Positions 1 to 6,044 of a DNA stretch of 32,000 nt are shown in pieces. Made by a program: the position numbers and the translations under genes. The notes under the pieces were generated by a model. The model ran no database searches and was not told the DNA's origin. It saw only the letters and a list, made by a program, of their open reading frames with translations. The stretch comes from Xylella taiwanensis (GTDB taxonomy: Bacteria; Pseudomonadota; Gammaproteobacteria; Xanthomonadales; Xanthomonadaceae), in contig NZ_CP053627.1 of the NCBI RefSeq assembly GCF_013177435.1, positions 1,590,001 to 1,622,000 on the forward strand. The letters run 5' to 3'. The first letter of the stretch is position 1. Every line of letters begins with the position of its first letter.

Positions 1-301
1 CTAACCAAAGTCCTTCCTTTAGCGCTTCATCCGAATCAGGAAAACATTGTCTGAACCGCTCCACTAGCTCCTCGGTGGAACCCTTCATGATACGCTCGTC
101 TTTTCTGTTACCAAGCTTCAGCTTGCCCTCATCAAGTAATTTACCCACTAAAAAAAAGAAATCATTCATTCTTTCTTCAAAGGAGTCAGGATCTACTTGA
201 TCAATAGAAATTCCATGCGCATACCCCACTTTAAACCAAAGAAAATGAAAAGGATGAATTAAATCCTCATAAATAGTATCTATTTGCTCTTGACTTAACA
301 T
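1..301 (-). CDS. CDI immunity protein, family A (ImmA); 5' part only, gene runs off the left window edge
   Basis: The ATG at 299-301 lies 4 nt after the TGA (306-308) of the preceding toxin ORF. My translation MLSQEQIDTIYEDLIHPFHF... aligns with the six other ImmA paralogs (MLTQEQIDFI..LHFLW..SFEERKNDF..GKLLDEG.LKLG). Confidence 0.8.
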   Translation of the reverse strand, partial: MLSQEQIDTIYEDLIHPFHFLWFKVGYAHGISIDQVDPDSFEERMNDFFFLVGKLLDEGKLKLGNRKDERIMKGSTEELVERFRQCFPDSDEALKEGLWL

Positions 302-305
302 AAAA

Positions 306-1439
306 TCACCTGAATTTAATTTCAAAAGTTCTTTGATTTGCAATCTTCTGCAAAGATGGATTGTCTGTTATATCAATCGTCCACCTCGCTTTAGTCGCTG
401 CTTCTGAAGAAGACACAGACCTCAAACGCACACTGGTTCCATCACTGAGTTTAGCCAGATAAACCCCTGGGCTGACCTGCTTTAAAGGGACATCTCCGGC
501 CAATTGCTGTGCATAGTTTTTAATTTGATTATCAGTTAATGCCTGTGAATCAAACACCTTCACATTACCCATTCTATTACTTCCTCCTTCAGAGCCGCGC
601 GGTGTGGCTTTGAACTCCACGCCTCCAACCACTAAGCCATCCTTTGCATTGCCCTTACCAATCACGCCTTTTACGTTATCCAGGCGCTTTATGCGCTGTT
701 GCTCTAAAACACTGCCAATCGGCTTTGAGGTGAGATCAGGCCCTTTAGGATTGTGTGCAATTTGATCAAGGGCTTGTTTCTCGGCTTTGGCAATGTCATC
801 GGCTTTGCCGGAGATCCAGCGACCGCCGATTTTGGCCGCTCTCACGCCGTATTTGGCCAGGTTGCCGATCATCACCGAGGCGATGTATTCCTCGCCTTTT
901 TCTAGGGCCACTTGTTCTATGGTCTTTTCCCCTGAACGAATCGCTTTGATGTCTTGCCAGGCGTCATAGGCGGTCAGGCCTTTATCGGCTAACCAAAGGG
1001 CCCCAATAAGCACGGGGACGAAGACCGCGTTGTTTTCGGTTTCTAGGCGGGCTGCTGCACTGCTCACCGCCGCGTCGCCACCGGCGGCGGCGGTGATGCC
1101 GGCCACCAGGCTGGTGACGGTATCGGTGCGCTGTTGTTTTTCCGCGGCGCTCAGGCTGGCGACGTCGGCGCCGGTGGTGCGGTCTAGTAGGTTATTGATG
1201 ACCACGGCCGCCGCCGCGCCAGTCGCGCCGGCGCCGCACCCTTGGCCTTGGGCGGCAGCACCAGCGCAGCCCAGCAGGCCTTGCAGGGCGGCACGGGCCG
1301 GTTCGCTGTCTAGTTGGTCGGCCAGTGTTTTGACTTGGCTGGCGCCTAGGCTTTGCAGGTAGTTAACCGCAGCGCCTTGAAGCATTTGGGTGGCGCTACC
1401 GGTCACGTGGCTGCCAGCGGCCAGGTTCAGGGCGGTCAC
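306..1439 (-). CDS. Orphan cdiA-CT module: PT-VENN-like pretoxin region (motif ETENN), 74-aa shared post-ENN segment and family-A toxin domain
   Basis: The 377-aa ORF has the two-Cys pretoxin signature GCAGAAAQGQGCGAGATGAAA...LETENN and then a C-terminal domain ending ...ARWTIDI..NPSL...KFR. The track's initial M is a GTG that corresponds to V in the 982-aa paralog (..IVTALNLAAG). cdiA homology continues upstream to about 1519, with no secretion domain and no convincing start. Confidence 0.8.
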   Translation of the reverse strand: MTALNLAAGSHVTGSATQMLQGAAVNYLQSLGASQVKTLADQLDSEPARAALQGLLGCAGAAAQGQGCGAGATGAAAAVVINNLLDRTTGADVASLSAAEKQQRTDTVTSLVAGITAAAGGDAAVSSAAARLETENNAVFVPVLIGALWLADKGLTAYDAWQDIKAIRSGEKTIEQVALEKGEEYIASVMIGNLAKYGVRAAKIGGRWISGKADDIAKAEKQALDQIAHNPKGPDLTSKPIGSVLEQQRIKRLDNVKGVIGKGNAKDGLVVGGVEFKATPRGSEGGSNRMGNVKVFDSQALTDNQIKNYAQQLAGDVPLKQVSPGVYLAKLSDGTSVRLRSVSSSEAATKARWTIDITDNPSLQKIANQRTFEIKFR

Positions 1440-1526
1440 AATCGTTCTGCCGGTGCCGCCTACGTCCCAGGTGGCGTTGTCTTGGAGGCGTTGGTGTAGG
1501 GCCGCTCAGGGCCGGGTCAGGCTACC

Positions 1527-1547
1527 GCCGCCCTACCCTTGGGCGGC
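1527..1547. repeat. GC hairpin at a module junction (GCCGCCC-N7-GGGCGGC); an identical copy lies at 31968-31988
   Basis: A perfect 7-bp inverted repeat read directly from the sequence. The surrounding string ctaccgccgccctacccttgggcggcagcgcagctcag recurs at the right window edge. No U-tract follows on either strand. Confidence 0.6.
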
Positions 1548-1590
1548 AGCGCAGCTCAGATTTAGTTCTTTTACTCAATGCATGATTTTT

Positions 1591-2139
1591 CTAACGCACC
1601 TCACTTGGAATCTGCGTCTCTGGCTTGCGGTATGAATGCAGTTTTCTTTCAAATTCCCAGGGCTTTAAAGGCTTTAGTTCATCCTCCATTTCCATTTCTT
1701 TATAAACCCATTGTTGAGTTTTTTTAATAGCATCAAGAAATTCTTGATCTAATGTCCACGCCTTGGAGTGAATCACCCAGGGATTTTCTCGATATAAAGC
1801 AAGTGTGACGTCGAAGGACTGCTCTATAGTATCTTTACCTTCATACCGGGCGATGAGGCTGTCAATCTCTGGCAAAAAATAACACAGCGCTAATTCCTGT
1901 TCCGGCACCATCATCCGGGTGTCCGTATCAAGGGTTTGTCCATATGGCTCCTTCAGAAGCAGATCAACACCAATGACAAAAATGAAATGCTTTGATGAAA
2001 ACTCGGCTTCTTTAAGTCTTCCCCTTGGATCTACAGGATAACTTTCAACAAAACCAAATTCAGCAAGCTTACGATAGCATTGAACTACTCTTAACCAGTC
2101 TTTTTCCACTGTTTCCACTGTGAGGGATTGCTTACTCAT
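1591..2139 (-). CDS. Hypothetical 182-aa protein, candidate immunity partner of the upstream toxin stub
   Basis: An intact ATG-initiated ORF whose start overlaps the stop of ORF 2136-2474 (ATGA). It is AT-rich like the other toxin/immunity cassettes. It has no signal peptide and I recognise no family. Confidence 0.45.
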   Translation of the reverse strand: MSKQSLTVETVEKDWLRVVQCYRKLAEFGFVESYPVDPRGRLKEAEFSSKHFIFVIGVDLLLKEPYGQTLDTDTRMMVPEQELALCYFLPEIDSLIARYEGKDTIEQSFDVTLALYRENPWVIHSKAWTLDQEFLDAIKKTQQWVYKEMEMEDELKPLKPWEFERKLHSYRKPETQIPSEVR

Positions 2140-2474
2140 GGTTTCACCATTTTTCCTGTAGCTGCGTCATAAACATATCCATTCTTTTTGAGATACTCGA
2201 TTTCACGGCCAAAGCCGGTCAGGGTTCCATCTGCTCTAAGCATATTTCCTGATATCTTTGGATTTGGATTAAAAGGGGCTTTGTTTGGCGTTGTTGCCAG
2301 CACAATGTCATCTCCTCTTTTTATAGCGGCATCAAGGAAGGGTTTATTGACCTGTTGCCAGAATTTCTCTGGGCCTAATGCGGCGTACAGACTATCTGGG
2401 GTATTCAGTAAATTAAACGAGCCAGGTTGTGTGGGGCCATCAATAATCATTCGGGCGACGCTAATTAACAACAC
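2136..2474 (-). CDS. Unclassified toxin C-terminal stub ('toxin B'), truncated at its 5' end by the intergenic repeat
   Basis: The 112-aa frame opens (GTG) exactly where repeat copy R1 ends. It has no ENN motif or cdiA leader. It is translationally coupled to the following ORF. I do not recognise the motif ...FWQQVNKPFLDAAIKRGDDIVLATTP...GFGREIEYLKKNGY. Confidence 0.35.
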   Translation of the reverse strand: MLLISVARMIIDGPTQPGSFNLLNTPDSLYAALGPEKFWQQVNKPFLDAAIKRGDDIVLATTPNKAPFNPNPKISGNMLRADGTLTGFGREIEYLKKNGYVYDAATGKMVKP

Positions 2475-2608
2475 ACCCTATTTTATTCAACAGCCTTGAA
2501 TAAAGGTATTCACCGTCATACTCGCACCGGCGCCGCCCCCTTTAGGGACGCGGCACCCGTGGATTAACACAGCTCACCTCAAGAGGCAGTGCAATTACTG
2601 AGGCATCA
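2469..2608 (-). repeat. Intergenic repeat, copy R1 (partial, about 140 bp)
   Basis: It shares acacaccct..tttattcaacagccttgaataaa...cctcaagaggcagtgcaattactgaggcatcatcaaaaa with copies at 4581-4820, 25590-25830 and 29261-29500. It lacks the left about 90 bp. Confidence 0.85.
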
Positions 2609-2998
2609 TCAAAAACACCATCCGTAATCATCCTCATCAGGTTCTCCTTCTACTTCTCTTGTAAACAACCAGGCTGCAACGAATGGACAATCTGCAAAGA
2701 ACCAAAGTCCTGCCTCTAGCGCTTCATCCGAAGCAGGAAAACATTGCCTGAACCGCTCCACCAATTCCTCGGTAGGACCCTCTATGATAACCTCGTCCTT
2801 TCTATGACCAAGCTTAAGCTTGCCCTCATCAAGTAATTTCCCCAATGCAAAGAAGAAATCGTTTCTTCTTTCCTCAAACGAGTTCGGATCTACATCCACA
2901 GAAGAAACTCCATGGGCATTCCCTATATAACTCCAAACCAAATGAAACCCCCCCCCTAAATCCTCATAAATAAAATCTATTTGCTCTTGGGTTAACAT
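2609..2998 (-). CDS. CDI immunity protein, family A (ImmA)
   Basis: The ORF track gives 2609-3013 from a GTG. The ATG at 2996-2998 gives the conserved MLTQEQIDFIYEDLGGGFHLVW... It lies directly downstream of the toxin ORF 3010-4320. Confidence 0.8.
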   Translation of the reverse strand: MLTQEQIDFIYEDLGGGFHLVWSYIGNAHGVSSVDVDPNSFEERRNDFFFALGKLLDEGKLKLGHRKDEVIIEGPTEELVERFRQCFPASDEALEAGLWFFADCPFVAAWLFTREVEGEPDEDDYGWCF

Positions 2999-3009
2999 CA
3001 AATCACCTA

Positions 3010-4320
3010 TCACCTGAATTTAAGTTCAACTGTTTCTTTTGTGATGTCTCTCAAAGAAGGATTATTGTCTATATCAATCGTCCACCTTGCTTTAGTCACG
3101 TCTTGTGAAGTAGAAACAGACCTCAAATGCACAATGGTTCCATCACTCAAATCGGCCCTATAAATGCCTGGCCTCATCTCCTTTAAAGGTACATTTCCTG
3201 CCAATTCCTGCGCATAGTTTTTAATTTGCTGCTCGGTTAAAGCCTGAGAATCAAATACCTTCGCATTACCCGCTTTATTACTTCCCCCTTGCACTTTAGG
3301 GTCATACGGTATGGCTTTGAACTCCACGCCTCCAACGACTAAGCCATCCTTTGCATTGCCCTTACCAATTACGCCTTTTACGTTATCTAAGTAATTTTGC
3401 TGCTGCGCTACAACATTCCCAATCGGCTTTTGGATTAAATGTTGAGCATCCTGCGCAATCGCCTCCGCGCGGCCCAGCTGATAGGCCTTAGACGCGGCCA
3501 TGCCTTCCAAGACATCTTTACTCAGATTGATGCCTACGTTGGTAAGGGCCGCGCCGCCTTTGGCCACGCCGCCCACCCCCAAGACAACTGAACCAATATC
3601 CCAGACCAGGGTGCCAAGATCGCGACCGTATTGCTCGGCATGCTGATTACCTCCAACGGTCAGGGCCGTCTGCATGCGATCAATCTTGTGATCTATCTCC
3701 TGAAAAACGCTGTCGCTTAATTGCTGGCGTACTTCTGGGTTGGTGATCAGCTCCTTCAGGCCACGAAGGCCAGCCATGGGGTTGGAGAGAAATTGCACCA
3801 GTCCTTGAATATCGCTGAGGCCTGATTCGGCTAAGCCTTTGACTAATCCAACGCCCGTTAATCCTTCTTGTCTTGCATAAATGGAACCCCATTTGGCCGC
3901 CACTTGCAGTGATTCCAAGAGGCCATTGGCCGCTGCAAGCTCCTGATTCATTTGCGCGTTTTGCTGGGTGGCAAGCCAGTTGTTATCCAGCGCCGCAGTG
4001 GCTGCATGGGTGGCACTGGCTGCATGGGCATCGCCGGCGCTGGCAATGCCCGTGACCAGGGAAAGAATCAGGTTGCGTTTTGCTTCACGCTGCTGGGCGG
4101 TTTCATCGGGCGTGGTGGCGCTGAATAAACCGGTGAGTACGCTGGAGGCCGCCGCGCCCGTGGCCCCGCTGCCGCAGCCTTGCTGGCTGGCCGCGGCACC
4201 GGCGCACGCCACGATGGCATGCAAGGCCGCGTGTAAGGGCGTGCCTTCGGTGAGTTGCCCGTTGGCGACCAGGTGACCGATATAGGAGGCGCCTTGTTGC
4301 TGTACGTAGTTCACCAGCAT
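3010..4320 (-). CDS. Orphan cdiA-CT module with variant pretoxin motif (ALDNNWL), a distinct roughly 200-aa middle domain and a family-A toxin domain
   Basis: The 436-aa ORF contains ..ACAGAAASQQGCGSGATGAAA...ALDNNWLATQQ.. and ends ..KARWTIDIDNNPSLRDITKETVELKFR. The same frame stays open upstream to about 4571 (..VVSGLQREVGTFINNRAQEATQTQQALDSERAKPEH..). It is closed by a TAA inside repeat R2, so there is no start codon at the 5' end of the homology. Confidence 0.8.
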   Translation of the reverse strand: MLVNYVQQQGASYIGHLVANGQLTEGTPLHAALHAIVACAGAAASQQGCGSGATGAAASSVLTGLFSATTPDETAQQREAKRNLILSLVTGIASAGDAHAASATHAATAALDNNWLATQQNAQMNQELAAANGLLESLQVAAKWGSIYARQEGLTGVGLVKGLAESGLSDIQGLVQFLSNPMAGLRGLKELITNPEVRQQLSDSVFQEIDHKIDRMQTALTVGGNQHAEQYGRDLGTLVWDIGSVVLGVGGVAKGGAALTNVGINLSKDVLEGMAASKAYQLGRAEAIAQDAQHLIQKPIGNVVAQQQNYLDNVKGVIGKGNAKDGLVVGGVEFKAIPYDPKVQGGSNKAGNAKVFDSQALTEQQIKNYAQELAGNVPLKEMRPGIYRADLSDGTIVHLRSVSTSQDVTKARWTIDIDNNPSLRDITKETVELKFR

Positions 4321-4580
4321 GGTGTTAGCTACCTCGCGCGTGGCAGCGCTGGCATTGCCACTGATGCCGGCGGCTAAGGCGGTAGTGATTTGCCGATAGG
4401 TGCCGCCGGGGGCCCAAGTGGCGTTGTCTTGGAGGCGTTGGTGTAGGGCCGCGATTAGGGCCGGGTCACGTTGGTGTTCGGGTTTGGCGCGTTCGCTGTC
4501 TAGGGCCTGTTGGGTTTGGGTGGCTTCTTGAGCGCGGTTGTTAATAAAGGTGCCGACTTCGCGCTGTAGGCCGCTGACGA

Positions 4581-4820
4581 CGTTTTATGACTTCCCGCTT
4601 TATATCCCGGCAGGGTTGATTTTAGATTTAAACCAAAAATAACCCATTGATGATTTAGGCGAGGCGACCCAAACACACCCTACTTTATTCAACAGCCTTG
4701 AATAAAACACCTTGATGGGTATTCACCGTCACACCCGCACCGGCACCGCCCCCTTGGGGACGCGGTACCGGTGCAGCAACACCACTCACCTCAAGAGGCA
4801 GTGCAATTACTGAGGCATCA
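4581..4820 (-). repeat. Intergenic repeat, copy R2 (full length, about 240 bp)
   Basis: It starts exactly where cdiA homology (compare 7391-7410) stops. It contains the AT palindrome TTTATTCAA-CAGCC-TTGAATAAA (4684-4706) and an imperfect GC hairpin (4737-4774). Confidence 0.85.
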
Positions 4821-5213
4821 TCAAAAAGCCCACTCGTAATCATCCTCATCAGGTTCTCCTTCTATTTCGGTTTTAAACAACCAGGCTGCGACAAATGGAC
4901 ACTCCTCCATCACTAACCACAGTCCTTCCTTTAGTCCTTCATCCGACGCAGGAAAATATTGTCTGAACAGCTCCACTAGCTCCTCGGTGGGACCCTGCAT
5001 AATACGCTCGTCCTTTCTATGACCAAGCTTGAAACGACCTCCATCAAGTAATTTCCTGATGATAAACAGGAAATCGTTTTTTCTTTCCTCAAATGAGTCC
5101 GGATCTACTTGATCAGCAAAAACTCCATGCGCCTCCGTTACATAATCCCAAAGGAAATGCAAAGGCTCTCCTTCACTGTCACAAATAAAATCTATCTGCT
5201 CTTGGGTTAACAT
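4821..5213 (-). CDS. CDI immunity protein, family A (ImmA)
   Basis: The ATG at 5211-5213 gives MLTQEQIDFICDSEGEPLHFLW.... A GAGGTG-type Shine-Dalgarno-like sequence overlaps the stop of the upstream toxin stub. Confidence 0.8.
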   Translation of the reverse strand: MLTQEQIDFICDSEGEPLHFLWDYVTEAHGVFADQVDPDSFEERKNDFLFIIRKLLDGGRFKLGHRKDERIMQGPTEELVELFRQYFPASDEGLKEGLWLVMEECPFVAAWLFKTEIEGEPDEDDYEWAF

Positions 5214-5224
5214 CACATCACCTC

Positions 5225-5554
5225 TCACCTAAATTTAAGTTCAACTGTTTTATTTGTAATCTCCATCAAAGAAGGATTCTTCTCTATATCAATCGTCCAC
5301 CTCGCTCCGGTTTCTTTTTGTGAAGAAGAAACGGACCTCAAACGCACACTGGTTCCATCACTGAGTTTAGCCAGATAAACCCCTGGGCTGACCTGCTTTA
5401 AAGGCACATCTCCGGCCAATTGCTGCGCATAGTTTTTAATATCCTGATCAGTTAAGGCCTCTGATTTAAACACCTTCACATGACCCGCTTTATTACTTCC
5501 CCCTCTCACTTTGGGGTCATACGGGGTGGCTTTGAACTCCACGCCTGCAATCAC
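5225..5554 (-). pseudogene. Family-A toxin stub (last roughly 105 codons only)
   Basis: The frame opens immediately after an in-frame TGA (..TGA GTG ATT GCA GGC GTG GAG TTC AAA..). Homology to full-length family-A toxins begins at ..GVEFKATPYDPKV. No pretoxin or delivery region is present. Confidence 0.75.
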
Positions 5555-5618
5555 TCATTCATAATTAAGCTGATTTAACTAGCCGCTGGTAACATCATGT
5601 CATCAGCGGCCTTGATGC

Positions 5619-6044
5619 TCATCCAAACAAATTGCGCAAGGATTCATTAATCTCATCCCCGGTGATGACTTCATCGGACTCTTCGTAATCCTCGGGCTTG
5701 TTGTAGTCAAATTCGATATTGAACTTAACTTGACCGGATTCAGCATTGGGACGAATAGTACATGTCAAACCCCAGATACGATCTCCAGTGAACTTCATAA
5801 GTTCATCCCTAATATAAAAAACAGCATCGGCAGCACGACAACGAAAATCCTTAGACCCACCAATCCATTTCTCATCCACACGCCCGTCTTTTACTAACCA
5901 CCATTCAGATGAAACCATTTTAGAAAAAACACCATATTTACCCACCACTTCATCCCAAGCGCGCTCGCCTGGAAATGCCATCACATCATCTGCAATGGCC
6001 TGATACGCTTCTTCGACATTTTGAAATTCAAATTCGCTATTCAT
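5619..6044 (-). CDS. Immunity protein for the His-Me nuclease CT (ImmN, 141 aa)
   Basis: Its ATG overlaps the toxin stop (ATGA at 6041-6044). It is a small acidic protein with a paralog at 27457-27894 and a remnant at 24873-24939. The layout is reminiscent of YezG/EsaG-type nuclease immunity proteins, but I did not verify that. Confidence 0.7.
   Translation of the reverse strand: MNSEFEFQNVEEAYQAIADDVMAFPGERAWDEVVGKYGVFSKMVSSEWWLVKDGRVDEKWIGGSKDFRCRAADAVFYIRDELMKFTGDRIWGLTCTIRPNAESGQVKFNIEFDYNKPEDYEESDEVITGDEINESLRNLFG

Noticed and set aside
4737-4774. GC-rich hairpins (4737-4774, 29417-29454, 1527-1547, 31968-31988, 5589-5617) considered as Rho-independent terminators
   Set aside because: None is followed by a U-tract on the transcribed (minus) strand. 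The long hairpin is not conserved in repeat copies R1 and R3. They are reported only as repeats or structures, not as terminators.
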